DNA from: Candidatus Obscuribacterales bacterium
Lineage (GTDB): Bacteria > Cyanobacteriota > Vampirovibrionia > Obscuribacterales > Obscuribacteraceae
Direction: 5' to 3'
Length of the DNA stretch: 64,000 bases
Assembly (NCBI GenBank): GCA_965228855.1
Contig: CBDDIJ010000002.1
Location: 1,376,001-1,440,000, forward strand
The notes under the pieces are model-generated. The model did not search any database, was not told the DNA's origin, and saw only the letters and a list, made by a program, of their open reading frames with translations. Position 1 is the first letter of the stretch. Every line of letters starts with the position of its first letter. The position numbers were made by a program, and so were the translations under genes. Of the stretch, positions 1 to 10,630 are shown piece after piece.

Positions 1-533
1 CGTATGTCCTGAGTAGTTTTCCCGGCGAAGTCATTAAACCCTGGGTTTCCGTTTATCTTCTAATTATGGGAGGAGTTATCCTCTGGAAGGCGTTTAGAAA
101 AGTTAGCGGTGAGCCCAAGGAAGCGAAATTGGGACCGCTCGGTTTCATCGGCGGGTTTGTCGATGCCGTTGGTGGTGGCGGTTGGGGACCGGTCGTGACA
201 TCGACTCTGGTCGCCAGCGGTAAAAGCCCTCGTTACGTTATTGGGTCTGTTAACGCGGCAGAATTTTTTGTTGCTCTTGGGACTTCCACCGCGTTCTTTG
301 TAGCGCTGGGAAGCGTCTATCTGACCGCCATTGTCGGGCTCGTCATGGGCGGTTTGGTGGCTGCGCCGATTGCAGCGAGCATGTGTAAGCACGTTAAGCC
401 GAAACCAATGATGGTGGCAGTTGGTTGTTTGATCGTCCTTATCAGTTGTCGAAACATTCATCATATTCCAGGTCAAATCGCGCAGGTGCACTCGGCGTTC
501 ATCGCCGCAACTCAGGGCACTCCGGTTCAATAA
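1..533 (+). CDS. Sulfite exporter TauE/SafE (TSUP) family permease, 5'-truncated
   Basis: Frame open from position 3; GFVDAVGGGGWGPVVTSTL and IGSVNAAEFFV are typical of TSUP proteins; hydrophobic helices. Confidence 0.85.
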   Translation, partial: YVLSSFPGEVIKPWVSVYLLIMGGVILWKAFRKVSGEPKEAKLGPLGFIGGFVDAVGGGGWGPVVTSTLVASGKSPRYVIGSVNAAEFFVALGTSTAFFVALGSVYLTAIVGLVMGGLVAAPIAASMCKHVKPKPMMVAVGCLIVLISCRNIHHIPGQIAQVHSAFIAATQGTPVQ

Positions 534-617
534 ACCTGAGACCGGCTGGTTGAAACCGGCGTAGCGGTTCGAAAAACAAACAAAGTTAAATGATAAAGCG
601 CTTAGAAGGGCTTCGCC

Positions 618-1289
618 ATGCGTTTGATTTTTACTGTCATTTTGATATTCACCGGTTTAATCACCACGGCATCGCCGGCGGTGGCGGTTCCCGGGCTGGA
701 GCAGATATGGTTGCACGCCCCCACTCAGTACAAGGTGACCGAGAAGACCAGCTTGATTGGCGATTTGAGCCCTCGATTCGGTACCGACGACGGGCAATTG
801 GATCAGATGATTTTGCGAACAGGTGTGCAGAGAAAACTGACGCGAAATGTTTCCGGCACGCTTGGATTCGATTCGGTCGACAACTACGATCCCTCGAGGA
901 ACCACGAGAATCGAATTTGGCAGCAGTTACAGGCGCAGCATCGTATCAAGTCTTACACTTTCACGTCACGGATCCGTATGGAGGAGCGCCACTGGAACGG
1001 TACGCCGGGTAGCTCGGTTCGGTGGCGCATGATGATGAAATCTGCCCAAAGAATCGGTGCCTCTCGATTTAGCGTAATTTATTCCGATGAGTTGTTTCTG
1101 ACACTAAATACGATGCCGGACGGACCGGCAGCAGGAGTTGATAGAAATCGCTTGTTCGCAGGGATGGGTTATGCTATCGACAGGAACAAAAACCTGGAAG
1201 CGGGTTATCGGGTCGAATACATTAATAAAACGGATACCGATGATGAAACCAGGCGTCAGATTGTTGTGCAGATGGCCAGTATGTTTTAA
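618..1289 (+). CDS. DUF2490 family outer-membrane beta-barrel protein
   Basis: Signal peptide; ENRIWQQ, RxRxEER, DELFL, DRNRLFAGMGY; C-terminal Phe. Confidence 0.75.
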   Translation: MRLIFTVILIFTGLITTASPAVAVPGLEQIWLHAPTQYKVTEKTSLIGDLSPRFGTDDGQLDQMILRTGVQRKLTRNVSGTLGFDSVDNYDPSRNHENRIWQQLQAQHRIKSYTFTSRIRMEERHWNGTPGSSVRWRMMMKSAQRIGASRFSVIYSDELFLTLNTMPDGPAAGVDRNRLFAGMGYAIDRNKNLEAGYRVEYINKTDTDDETRRQIVVQMASMF

Positions 1290-1326
1290 CGCCGGGCTGA
1301 TTTTCGTCGTTTAGACCTTTGTTTTC

Positions 1327-2157
1327 TTACTCGCAGATAAACCAGGGGTTCAACAAATCTTGCTTGTTGTAAACCAGCTCTTCATCCTTGCCATACTGGA
1401 TCACGCGCTTTCCGCTTTCGTTGATCACAATGTGTCCGGCGGCGGTGTCCCACTCGGAAGTTGGAGCGAGGCGAGGATACATGTCTGCGGTTCCGTCTGC
1501 GACGAGGCAGAATTTCAGAGCGCTTCCCGACTTTACAAAGTCTATCTGACTGCGAGTTTCTTGAAGCTTATTCATGTAGTCGACCATCGCAGGTGACTGG
1601 TGCGAACGGCTGCCGACTACTTTGATCGGTCCATCGACAGGAATTGGATTAGCCTTGATTTGCAGCGGCTCTCCACCATCTTTGATCTTGAAGGCGCCCT
1701 GCTCTCGGCTGGCAAAATAAGTCACTCGCAGTGCCGGAGCATGCACCACCCCTAGTATCGGTCGATTATTCTCTACCAGCGCAATATTGATCGTAAATTC
1801 GTCTGTGCGATTCACAAACTCTTTTGTGCCATCGACGGGATCGACACACCAGAGGTATTCCCAGGATTTTCTCTCTTCCCATTCAACCAGTGATTCTTCA
1901 GAGAGTATCGGTATGGATGGGGTTAAGTGAGCGAGTCCGGCTTTGATAATTCTATTTGCCGCCAGGTCAGCCTCTGTAAGCGGGCTGGCGTCTTCTTTAT
2001 GCTGAACTGCGAAATCGGTTTTGTAAATTTCCATCACGGCATCGCCGGCTTCGAGCGCGATAGCCACGACTTTCATTGGATCGAATGAAACACCGATTTT
2101 CTCGATCGCGAAGATTGGCGCGCCAGCAGGTTTTACCTGGTTACCGATTAGACTCAT
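1327..2157 (-). CDS. cysQ: 3'(2'),5'-bisphosphate nucleotidase CysQ
   Basis: SPLTEADLAAN, ILSEE, WCVDPVDGTKEF, GSALKFCLVADG, EWDTAAGH; AGGAG SD before ATG 2157. Confidence 0.92.
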   Translation of the reverse strand: MSLIGNQVKPAGAPIFAIEKIGVSFDPMKVVAIALEAGDAVMEIYKTDFAVQHKEDASPLTEADLAANRIIKAGLAHLTPSIPILSEESLVEWEERKSWEYLWCVDPVDGTKEFVNRTDEFTINIALVENNRPILGVVHAPALRVTYFASREQGAFKIKDGGEPLQIKANPIPVDGPIKVVGSRSHQSPAMVDYMNKLQETRSQIDFVKSGSALKFCLVADGTADMYPRLAPTSEWDTAAGHIVINESGKRVIQYGKDEELVYNKQDLLNPWFICE

Positions 2158-2343
2158 CTGTATCTCCTGGGCGCTGCTGCGCCATCTTTCATCTCCTAAA
2201 ATGATATGTTGCCGTCTCGGTGCCAACATTTGACCGATTTAAGGCGATTGTGTTTCTAAAAAGGTGAATCGCGGCGACGCCCACCGGTGCCTCTTATGAA
2301 CTTTCGCTAAAGGAAACAGAGCTTGTCTTTTGGTAAAGTTGAC

Positions 2344-2369
2344 AACCAGATCAGTACTCTGATCTGGTT
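2344..2369. promoter_or_regulatory. Perfect 11-bp inverted repeat, candidate operator in divergent cysQ/GT-C spacer
   Basis: AACCAGATCAG-TACT-CTGATCTGGTT, abutting TTGACA at 2339-2344. Confidence 0.45.
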
Positions 2370-2389
2370 TAGAGAAACGGTTGCGCATA

Positions 2390-4240
2390 ATGCAATTAGC
2401 GGATCCGGCGACTGGCACCGAATACGGTGCGGTGCCGGGAGTGAGTGAAGACGAGAGAGAAACCCCGGCGGAAAACGGCTGGACTCGCCTCTGCGCGCGC
2501 CGCCCCTGGGTGTCGGGAACGATTGTATTTGCACTCATCGTGGGGCTTGAGGTCGTGTTATTCGGCTCGTCGCTGAAGAAGACTGGCTTTTACCTCGATG
2601 ATTGGTTGATGCTAAAACAGTTGGCGTTCGGTCCGCAAAACTACGCCGACATGGTCTATACGTATCTGACCACCGATCCGCGAGTGATCATCCGTCCAAT
2701 CGAGGCTTTGCATTTTGGAACGGTCTTCTTCTTCAGCGGAACAGATCCAGTCGGCTGGCGCCTGTCCAACATGGTGATGGAGGTGTTGTCCGCATTCTTC
2801 GTCTACCTGGTCGTCGCCAGATTGTCAGCCAGCCGCCTGATGGGATTTTTCGCCGCTGTTTTCTTCATGGCTTACCCGGTGCACGACTCTACCCACTACT
2901 GGGCTGTTTGCAGCTGCGTATCACTGAGTTTGACGCTATATCTCGCCAGTCTCTGGTCCACGTTGAAGGCTGCGGTCGCGTCTTCCGGAATGTACAGAAA
3001 CGTGTGGCTCGCGTCGGCATACGTTTGCTTCGCCTTGAGCATTTACGGTTATGAACCGTTTCTTCCGCTCTGCGCCCTGAACGCTGCTGTATTTGTTTTG
3101 CTGACCCGTGGTTTCAAACCATTTGCACCTGCCGCACTGAATGTTTTTCTTCACAGCGTTCCATACGCGCTTATCATCGGCAGTTTGCTGCTGTACCAGA
3201 GAACCATCGTGCCGTTGGTTTTAAAAGCTGCTTTGCACAAAATTCATTTTGAACCCGGATTGATCGCGGGCACGATTTTGGAAGGTTTTCGGGTTACTTC
3301 GCCTATTGCGATGGGACCGTTTATTTCGCAGCAGGTGAACTCCTTCGCATCTAGTGGCGAGCTAAACGGTGGTGCGATAATTCGACTGTCAGCCCTGGCA
3401 ATCTTAATAGTGGGCGGCGTGTTCGTTTCCCTTAACGACGCAAACCGCTTGAGTCGAAGGTCTGCTCTGGTTCTCATGACTATCGGTTTGCTAACCGTCG
3501 CTGCCTCGTATTCGATTTTTGGCTTGAATCCCGAGTACACGCCAACCCTGATAACGCTGGTAAACAGGATAAATACCGGTGCCGCTTTTGGTTTTTCCAT
3601 CTTTGTCGCCGGTCTTCTTTCGCTGTTTCTCGCGCCGTCGCAATCGAGTTCACCTGGGCTTGCAAAAGTTTCAATCACCACGTTTGTTTTCACGGGATTT
3701 ATCGCACTGTTCACCATGGTGAACTGGAATCTCGGCAAACCATGGGAGATTTCATGGTCTGTGCAGGAGAGAACTTTTGACGCCTTCCACGCGAGAAAGG
3801 AAGAGTTTAAAAACGCTAAAAGCGTTGTTTTGATGAACTGCCCTCGGTATGTCGACGCCACGCCGGTCTTCGACGGTCCCTGGGATTTCGAACAGCAGCT
3901 GCACCTCGCCTTGCATAGAACTGATGTCACGGGCGGTGTCGTCTCCGAACGCCTTATTGTTGGTCCTGATTCGGTGCAAGATGTCACCATGAATTTTGCC
4001 TGTGCTGAATACCCGTTTAAAGACCTGGTTCTCGTAACTCCGGGACTCACCGCAGTGGCTCCTGTCTCGTCGCCAACTCAATTCATCGATGTGGTCGAGC
4101 GAGAGGGGCGGCAGTTTGGTCTGTCGGAAGAAACGATTGAAAGCTGGAGAGCTCAGGTTGAGAATGGTGTTCGCCGCAAGAAGAATGGCGTGCTGGAGCC
4201 GTTGAAAAAGAAACTTTCGTTTTCATCGGCGGAGAAGTAG
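2390..4240 (+). CDS. Polytopic membrane protein, GT-C-like glycosyltransferase
   Basis: GFYLDDW after TM1, IRPI, many TM segments, C-terminal soluble domain; start uncertain (2381/2390). Confidence 0.55.
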   Translation: MQLADPATGTEYGAVPGVSEDERETPAENGWTRLCARRPWVSGTIVFALIVGLEVVLFGSSLKKTGFYLDDWLMLKQLAFGPQNYADMVYTYLTTDPRVIIRPIEALHFGTVFFFSGTDPVGWRLSNMVMEVLSAFFVYLVVARLSASRLMGFFAAVFFMAYPVHDSTHYWAVCSCVSLSLTLYLASLWSTLKAAVASSGMYRNVWLASAYVCFALSIYGYEPFLPLCALNAAVFVLLTRGFKPFAPAALNVFLHSVPYALIIGSLLLYQRTIVPLVLKAALHKIHFEPGLIAGTILEGFRVTSPIAMGPFISQQVNSFASSGELNGGAIIRLSALAILIVGGVFVSLNDANRLSRRSALVLMTIGLLTVAASYSIFGLNPEYTPTLITLVNRINTGAAFGFSIFVAGLLSLFLAPSQSSSPGLAKVSITTFVFTGFIALFTMVNWNLGKPWEISWSVQERTFDAFHARKEEFKNAKSVVLMNCPRYVDATPVFDGPWDFEQQLHLALHRTDVTGGVVSERLIVGPDSVQDVTMNFACAEYPFKDLVLVTPGLTAVAPVSSPTQFIDVVEREGRQFGLSEETIESWRAQVENGVRRKKNGVLEPLKKKLSFSSAEK

Positions 4241-4243
4241 TTG

Positions 4244-5635
4244 ATGAAAGCAGCAGGCGATACCATTCAATTGCAGATGTCGAGTCCCGGAGAACCACTC
4301 GGTTCCGACTCAATTGCGACAATTGAAACCTCTACGAGCAATCGTTCCAGTTCATCCGGAAACTCTTCAGCTATCATCGAAATTCTGGTGCTCGTCGCGT
4401 TGACGTTGGCTGTTCGCGTTCCCTGGATTTTTATGACCCCCATCAGCCAGGCTCCTGATGAAGGCGCGCATTACTGGGTGATAGATTTCATTCGCGCGAA
4501 TCTGCGTTTGCCCGAATTGACGGATATGATGAAGGAGCCGAACTCCGCTTACTACGGCGCCTTGATGCCGTTCAGCTATTTCCCGCACGTACTCTGCGGA
4601 CTTCTCATGCCCTGGTTTCAACCCGCTCTGGCCTATCGTTTCGGTAGTCTCTTCATGGGCGTTGTCAGTGTGGTCGCTGCTCGTGGTATCGGGTATGAGC
4701 TATTTCCAAAATCGAAACTGGTGGCGCTGGCGGTGCCGCTGTTTTTAGTCTTCCATGCTCAGCTTGCTTTCGTTAACGGCTATTCGAACAATGATTCGAC
4801 CTCGATGGCCGTTTCCACGCTCGCATTGTATGCGGCGTTGATTGCAGTAAGGCGAGGCATTTCTTTTAAATCCTCGATTGCTTTCGGCATCATCGGAGGT
4901 CTGCTTGCACTGAGCAAACCTACCACCTATTGCATCGTGCCTGTGTTGTTTCTAGCTCTCGCAATGTCGCCGTTCTTCAATCGCGAATCGGTACGTTCAT
5001 ACGCCAGCAAGCTTGCCACCATGTTCTCTGTCGCGTTGGTTATCGCGCTACCATTTTTTGCTCGAAACTGGTTCTGCTTCAACGGTGACTTGCTCGGCAT
5101 GCGAACCATGCTCGATCTCTGGTGGTCGCACTATGGAAAACCTGCGCAGCTTTATCGTTGGCCTGTCGTGGATAACGCTGATTGGCGTTATTGTGCGTAC
5201 GTGAGTTACATTGGAAACCTGGGCAATATGGATCGCTTGCTGCCCTCGAGAATCTACAAGCTATTCTCGCTCGGTATCACGCTGTCGACTGTCGGCTGGG
5301 TGATTGCTTCTGTCTGGTCCTTCGTGCGCAAGTCTGCTGTGCAAGCTACGGAACGCAATCTATCGATTTGTTTGTGGTCGTTGGTCGGTTTGTCTTTTCT
5401 TTTAAACTTCCTCGCGCTGATCGCGGGCTCCGCATCCCTTAATGCCACCGGTCCGCCGCAAGGGCGATATCTGTTTCCCTCAGAAGCGGCTATAGCTGCG
5501 CTTCTAATAGGTGGTTTGAGTAAGGTGGGTCGGCTTGCGGTGGTGTTGTTTATCGCACTGAATATGGTGGCAACCATCGTTAGTTTAAACATGCTGTATC
5601 CGGTCTGGCATTTTGACGTGAACATTTTCCGCTAG
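4244..5635 (+). CDS. GT-C glycosyltransferase (ArnT/PMT/DUF2142-like)
   Basis: APDEGAHY, NND, LALSKP, QGRYLFP motifs; many TM helices. Confidence 0.65.
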   Translation: MKAAGDTIQLQMSSPGEPLGSDSIATIETSTSNRSSSSGNSSAIIEILVLVALTLAVRVPWIFMTPISQAPDEGAHYWVIDFIRANLRLPELTDMMKEPNSAYYGALMPFSYFPHVLCGLLMPWFQPALAYRFGSLFMGVVSVVAARGIGYELFPKSKLVALAVPLFLVFHAQLAFVNGYSNNDSTSMAVSTLALYAALIAVRRGISFKSSIAFGIIGGLLALSKPTTYCIVPVLFLALAMSPFFNRESVRSYASKLATMFSVALVIALPFFARNWFCFNGDLLGMRTMLDLWWSHYGKPAQLYRWPVVDNADWRYCAYVSYIGNLGNMDRLLPSRIYKLFSLGITLSTVGWVIASVWSFVRKSAVQATERNLSICLWSLVGLSFLLNFLALIAGSASLNATGPPQGRYLFPSEAAIAALLIGGLSKVGRLAVVLFIALNMVATIVSLNMLYPVWHFDVNIFR

Positions 5636-5752
5636 TCCTGGGCGCTCGTGAACGTTTACATCTCCGAAACAGCCTGATGTCGGTTTTCCGGCGCAGCGAT
5701 CAACAGTCGCTTTGCGCGTGTATACTTACGGACCACTGCGAAGGAGAAAGTC

Positions 5753-6736
5753 ATGAGCACGCCAAGCAAAGGCATAGAGCCGACCACGCTGAAATTCCTG
5801 GATACTGTTAACGCCAGCACCGACCCGCCTATTTACAAATTGCCACCCGCAAAAGCTCGGGAGGTGCTGGAAGGCGCGCAAAAAGGCGATGTCGAGAAAA
5901 TGGCTGCCGACATCGAGGATATAAAAGTTTCCGGCGGCCCCAATGGTGATATCGCAGTCAAAATCGTCCGGCCGAAGAATTCCAAAGATGCGCTTCCTGC
6001 TGTTATTTACGTGCATGGCGCCGGATGGGTTTTAGGCGGTTGGTCTACGCATGACCGCTTGGTTTTGGAACTGGCAAATCAAGCCCAGGTGGCGATGGTT
6101 TATGTCGACTACAGTCGCTCTCCCGAGGCGAAGTATCCGACCGCGATTGAAGAATCTTATCTGGTCACCAAGTATATTGCTGAGAACGCGAAGAAGTTGA
6201 ACATCGACTCGTCGAAGCTTGCTATTGCCGGCGATAGTGTTGGTGGCAACATGGCGACTGCTGTTTGTATGTTGGCTCAGGAGAGAGGTGGGCCGCGGAT
6301 CGATCTGCAAGTTCTGTTTTACCCGGTAACGGACGCGAATTTCGACAGTGAGTCTTATCGAAAGTTTGGAGAGAAGCACTTTTTGACGACGGAAGCGATG
6401 AAGTGGTTCTGGGATCAATATACGACTGATGAGACGGACCGCAAAGCGCCTACCGTTAGCCCCTTGCAAGCACCGCTGGACTTGTTGGGTAAACTGCCGG
6501 CTGCGGTCGTGATTACTGCGGAGAATGACGTTCTTCGCGATGAGGGCGAGGCGTATGCGCATAAGTTGATTGAAGCTGGTGTTCACGTAACAGCAATGCG
6601 CTGTCTTGGTACCATCCATGATTTCGTAATGTTGAATGCTTTATCCGGGACGCCCGCTGCTAGATTGGCGATTGAAACCGCTTCTGCCGAGCTGAAGAAA
6701 CATCTGCACCCGGCGCTTGCCGGAGTTCGCAAGTAG
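5753..6736 (+). CDS. Alpha/beta hydrolase, HSL-family esterase/lipase
   Basis: YVHGAGW, GDSVGG, DVLRDEGEAY, IHDF; AAGGAG SD. Confidence 0.92.
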   Translation: MSTPSKGIEPTTLKFLDTVNASTDPPIYKLPPAKAREVLEGAQKGDVEKMAADIEDIKVSGGPNGDIAVKIVRPKNSKDALPAVIYVHGAGWVLGGWSTHDRLVLELANQAQVAMVYVDYSRSPEAKYPTAIEESYLVTKYIAENAKKLNIDSSKLAIAGDSVGGNMATAVCMLAQERGGPRIDLQVLFYPVTDANFDSESYRKFGEKHFLTTEAMKWFWDQYTTDETDRKAPTVSPLQAPLDLLGKLPAAVVITAENDVLRDEGEAYAHKLIEAGVHVTAMRCLGTIHDFVMLNALSGTPAARLAIETASAELKKHLHPALAGVRK

Positions 6737-6740
6737 GTTT

Positions 6741-7808
6741 TTAAACAGCTGCTATACCGCTGAGGACCGGCTCGGGTGCAACGCTCTCTCCGCAGAGCAT
6801 CCGGGCTGGATTTTTCACCAGAAGCTGCTCGATGATCGAATCATCGATGCCTGCCTTTTTGAGGCGTGGAACGATCGCTCGCAAAATATGAGCGTAGCCA
6901 TATCCACCAAATTCAACCAAATGAATCTTGTTGCAAACGTCCTGCGAAATTAGAATGCGGTCCTGAAGCCCGGCTTCGATAAGATCTACTAGCAGATCGA
7001 CGCGCTCCCAATCCATCGGTTCGCGAGAGCCGCGCTCTCCAAAGGCGAATTCTGAACCGAATGTGTCGAGCTCGACATATGCGCCTCGTTGTGCGAGTTC
7101 CTTGACGTACTGCAGATCGTTGCTTTCGTCTACGTGACTCAGAACGACTCGATCGAGTGACGCGCCTTCTGTTTCCAGGTGAGTGAGAACGTTGTGACCG
7201 GCACGCGCGAAAATAGATAGGTGAACATTGATTGGAAGATTTGTCTGTTTTTGAACGCGAGCCGCAGCAGATAGCACTTTCAGCTCATTCTGATCGAGCG
7301 GTTCGCTTGTTCCCAGTTCTCCAATAATTCCAGCACGGACGTCTGTGTTATCGATTCCTTCCAGAATTTCCTTCAGCATAAAGTCTGCAATCTTTTCGAC
7401 GCATGCGTCCTCAATCCACTTGGGGTGCGCCTTGTTGACGTAGAAACCGGTGGAGGCAATGATATTAAGTCCGGTATCAGTCGCAATCTCGCGAAGCGCT
7501 TTTGGAAACGGTCCGATGTTTCTCGATGTCAAATCAATTACAGTTTTTCCGCCCAGCGCACTGAACTGTCCGAGCTCTCGAGCCGCCAGTTTCTTATCCG
7601 ACAGAACGAGGTTGTCTTTGGAGTGATAGGGATCGCTCATTAATTCGTCGCGCAGATCTTTCGAGACTAATTTGTCCGCGAGGTGTTTCCTTGCCGGATT
7701 GCGTGTTTGTGAAAACAAGCACTGCAAGTCGATCATGATGTGCTCGTGAACCAAAGTAATGCCAAGTTCACTTGCGTCGATCTGACCAGTTACTGTTTGA
7801 ATTTTCAT
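6741..7808 (-). CDS. Phosphotriesterase homology protein (Php-like amidohydrolase)
   Basis: GITLVHEHI, GIIGELG (Glu bridging ligand), NVH, LSHVD, ISQDVC, NPARML. Confidence 0.88.
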   Translation of the reverse strand: MKIQTVTGQIDASELGITLVHEHIMIDLQCLFSQTRNPARKHLADKLVSKDLRDELMSDPYHSKDNLVLSDKKLAARELGQFSALGGKTVIDLTSRNIGPFPKALREIATDTGLNIIASTGFYVNKAHPKWIEDACVEKIADFMLKEILEGIDNTDVRAGIIGELGTSEPLDQNELKVLSAAARVQKQTNLPINVHLSIFARAGHNVLTHLETEGASLDRVVLSHVDESNDLQYVKELAQRGAYVELDTFGSEFAFGERGSREPMDWERVDLLVDLIEAGLQDRILISQDVCNKIHLVEFGGYGYAHILRAIVPRLKKAGIDDSIIEQLLVKNPARMLCGESVAPEPVLSGIAAV

Positions 7809-7952
7809 TCGAAGTGTTTTGTCTGTAGGATGCCTTGGGTCGCAGCTCTGTTTGACGGCAGACCTCGCTCCCAGATTACATGGTCAACCTTGCGAACTGT
7901 TTTCGTTTTAGCTATCCTACGAAATTGTTTAAAATCCCAGCCTGGGCGGGAA

Positions 7953-9758
7953 TTGAGCTCTTCTGAACCAACCTCGATAAAGCAAAGAATTATTCTGACG
8001 TCAATCGTAGTCGGGATAGGGCTTTTGTCGTACCTGCCCTGTCTTGCTGAGCCCGCGATGGTCGCCTATTATTCAAAAAAGCTCCTGCCTGAAATGGCTT
8101 CATTTATTCCGGGTGCGCTTTTTCGATACAGCTGTTGGCTCGGGGCTGTAACTCTGGTTTTTGCAGTTTTTCACGACAAGCTCATATACGGTCTGCGTGA
8201 TCTCTCGTTTCGATCTAGAATCGTGACTTTGTCTGTCTTCGCGTTGCTGATGAACATTATGGTTCTGACACGCACCTGGCAGTTTCCATATTGTATCGAC
8301 GATGCCTACATCATCTTTCGATATGCAGACAACATGCTGCGTTTTGGAGTTCCCGATTACGACGTCGGCAGTCACGTCAACACAATTAGTTCACAACTTC
8401 ATTTCGCGATACTGGTGGCAACAGGGTTTCTGACCGGGCAACGTGATCTGCCTCTGGTGTCGCAGGGGATAAACCTTGGTCAAGAGCTTATCAGTTTGTG
8501 CTTGCTGTATGCGGTCATCAAACGTGGATTCAATTCGACGAAATTGGCTCTCTATGGCTGTGCGCTGCATGTCATGTCCGCCTACGCGATTCTCGAAGTT
8601 ATGCGAGGCAAAGAAGGACCTCTCGTCATCATGATGGTGTATCTCCTCATGTGGGCTCAGTTGTTTCAAAAGAAGCTCCTCGCCGTTTGGGTCTCGGCAT
8701 TGATGTGCCTGGTCCGGCCCGAGGGTGTTTTAGTGGCGATGACTTCGTTTCTCTTCGACGCCCGGGAACACGTGCGCTCTCCGGTCAAGATGCTAGTAAC
8801 GTGGGCGCCTCCATTCATGCTTGTTGTCATGGTCTTCATCGGTTGTTATCTGTATTACGGAACAGCGATGCTGCAGGGAATTCTTGCAAAGTCCGTTATT
8901 TATCATGCACCACCGATGGTGTGCATTGCGAGTTTGTCTTCGCAGCTAACTACGTCGCTGGCGGGATTGCCCTATTGGGCTTACGACTTGCTTGGTCCGT
9001 TGATTCTGATGTTCATTTATGGACTTACGGTCGTGCTTTTATGGCGATATGAATTTCTGCGCATTTATATCGTCTCGATCTTTCTGCTCACCGGATTTTT
9101 CGGTGCCGGAAATGCATTTATGAATGCCTTCCCCTGGTATATGTCCTGGTGGGCGCCGCTTGTGCCGCTGCTTTATGTCGGTCTTATCAGTTTTTTGAAA
9201 GAGCAGGGCAAAGGCGATTCCACAAAAATTGTCCAGAGTATTGTAATCGCTTTCAGTCTGGTAGTTGTTCCTCTTCGATCTTATCTCTGGGCACCGTTTT
9301 CAGAGGTTGTTTCTCCTCTGCCAATCTTTTATTGGGACAACATCGATGACCGGCTTCGCATATATGAGGTGGCGCGCAAATATTTGAATAAGGTAGCGAA
9401 GAAAACCGACACCTGTGCAGTGGTGGAGGTTGGCGTGATTGGCTACGGTTGCGATAGCAAAATCTTCGACTTGCTTGGTCTGGTTTCACCCGACGCGTTG
9501 AAACTATATCCGGTGCCAAAAGATAAAAGAGCGGAATGTGGTTTGTCCATACCACCTCAGTATGCCAGGCTTTACAAGCCGGAGCGCATTCTGTTTCTCG
9601 ACTGTTTTGGTCGGAATGGGATTTTGGAAGATGAGTATTTTAAACGAAATTACACGCTCGAATGGTTCTGGGAAAACAATGCGTTTGGCAGTCTGGGTGT
9701 GGTTCTTTATAAACGAATCCCTACCGATTCGCCGCCGAAGCAGGCTGAAAATCGATAG
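7953..9758 (+). CDS. Polytopic GT-C-like membrane glycosyltransferase
   Basis: IDDAYIIFRYADN, LVRPEG, GVIGY...DLLGLV; start uncertain (ORF open from 7740; TTG 7953 chosen to avoid overlap). Confidence 0.55.
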   Translation: MSSSEPTSIKQRIILTSIVVGIGLLSYLPCLAEPAMVAYYSKKLLPEMASFIPGALFRYSCWLGAVTLVFAVFHDKLIYGLRDLSFRSRIVTLSVFALLMNIMVLTRTWQFPYCIDDAYIIFRYADNMLRFGVPDYDVGSHVNTISSQLHFAILVATGFLTGQRDLPLVSQGINLGQELISLCLLYAVIKRGFNSTKLALYGCALHVMSAYAILEVMRGKEGPLVIMMVYLLMWAQLFQKKLLAVWVSALMCLVRPEGVLVAMTSFLFDAREHVRSPVKMLVTWAPPFMLVVMVFIGCYLYYGTAMLQGILAKSVIYHAPPMVCIASLSSQLTTSLAGLPYWAYDLLGPLILMFIYGLTVVLLWRYEFLRIYIVSIFLLTGFFGAGNAFMNAFPWYMSWWAPLVPLLYVGLISFLKEQGKGDSTKIVQSIVIAFSLVVVPLRSYLWAPFSEVVSPLPIFYWDNIDDRLRIYEVARKYLNKVAKKTDTCAVVEVGVIGYGCDSKIFDLLGLVSPDALKLYPVPKDKRAECGLSIPPQYARLYKPERILFLDCFGRNGILEDEYFKRNYTLEWFWENNAFGSLGVVLYKRIPTDSPPKQAENR

Positions 9759-9785
9759 GGATTGTTTGAATCAGTTGAAAGGCTT

Positions 9786-10277
9786 TTAGCGAAGATTCTT
9801 CAGCAGACCTACGCCCAAACCGACTGCAGCACCGGCGACAGCCGTCTGGGTCGTCTTCTTCGCAGTGCCGTGCCCTCTGTGCGTGGCCAGTCCCAAGCCT
9901 GCGCCGACCAGGGTGCCCTGGGCTACGTCTTTCATTACCGGATGGCGTTTCATCGTCTCGCTCGATTGAAGCAATCCGACACCAGTGCCTGTTCCGGCGC
10001 CAAGTGCAGCTCCTCGGAGCACGCCTTTGCCGGTAACTAAACCGCCGACCGCTCCTACTCCTGCGCCGACTCCAGCGCCGATGGTCGCGCTTTTAACTTT
10101 AGGGTGAGCGTTAAAATACTGTTTGGTTGCACTGGTCTTTGCCGTGCCTTTCGATGCCGAACCGCTCAAATACTTGGTTTGCGCATCTGCCGGGCTCAGA
10201 GTAAATAGACCTGCTACCAGAGCCGCAATGGCGGTCGCTGAAATTTTGCTTGTGAGAGTCATCGTTGCCACTTTCAT
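9786..10277 (-). CDS. Exported glycine-zipper-like hypothetical protein
   Basis: Signal peptide ending ADA; repeated GxxxG helices; GGAGG SD. Confidence 0.65.
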   Translation of the reverse strand: MKVATMTLTSKISATAIAALVAGLFTLSPADAQTKYLSGSASKGTAKTSATKQYFNAHPKVKSATIGAGVGAGVGAVGGLVTGKGVLRGAALGAGTGTGVGLLQSSETMKRHPVMKDVAQGTLVGAGLGLATHRGHGTAKKTTQTAVAGAAVGLGVGLLKNLR

Positions 10278-10504
10278 TCGTCCTCCTGACTAGCAGGTTC
10301 ACCCTGCCTTACCCGCTGAGGGATTTTGACGATACTATGATTTTTTCGTTCCGCAGTGGGAATCAACGCGGGCGATGAGACGCTCTTAATCTTGTCTGCT
10401 TGACTGCTGTAAACCTTGATGAATAGCTGTTTTTGAGTCAGTGTTCGATCTGGAATTCATCTGTCAGCCGGAACATATTTATAGGCAATACTATATGATT
10501 TACC

Positions 10505-10630
10505 GGTTGGATGTTGCTGATAATCAGCCGCATCCAGGGTTGTCTCTGTGAGACACCGCCTCGCGACGAGTTTGATTGCGAGTAGCCAGCGCGCCGGTCT
10601 CTCAGTGGCGACGCGGCGAAGCATCCATCC
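10505..10630 (+). promoter_or_regulatory. Structured 5' leader of gcvT (long irregular hairpin)
   Basis: Five nested complementary segments read by eye; starts about 6 nt after TATGAT (10494-10499). Confidence 0.45.

Noticed and set aside
2141..2185. 14-codon uORF (MAQQRPGDTDESNR) with AGGAG SD overlapping the cysQ start
   Set aside because: No regulatory Cys/Met codons and no attenuator; cannot be distinguished from chance
2160..2305. SAM-I riboswitch upstream of cysQ (minus strand has AAGAG, CGGCAAC, GAAAGATG)
   Set aside because: No P2 kink-turn/pseudoknot and no GGTGC after GGCAAC; P1 does not form properly
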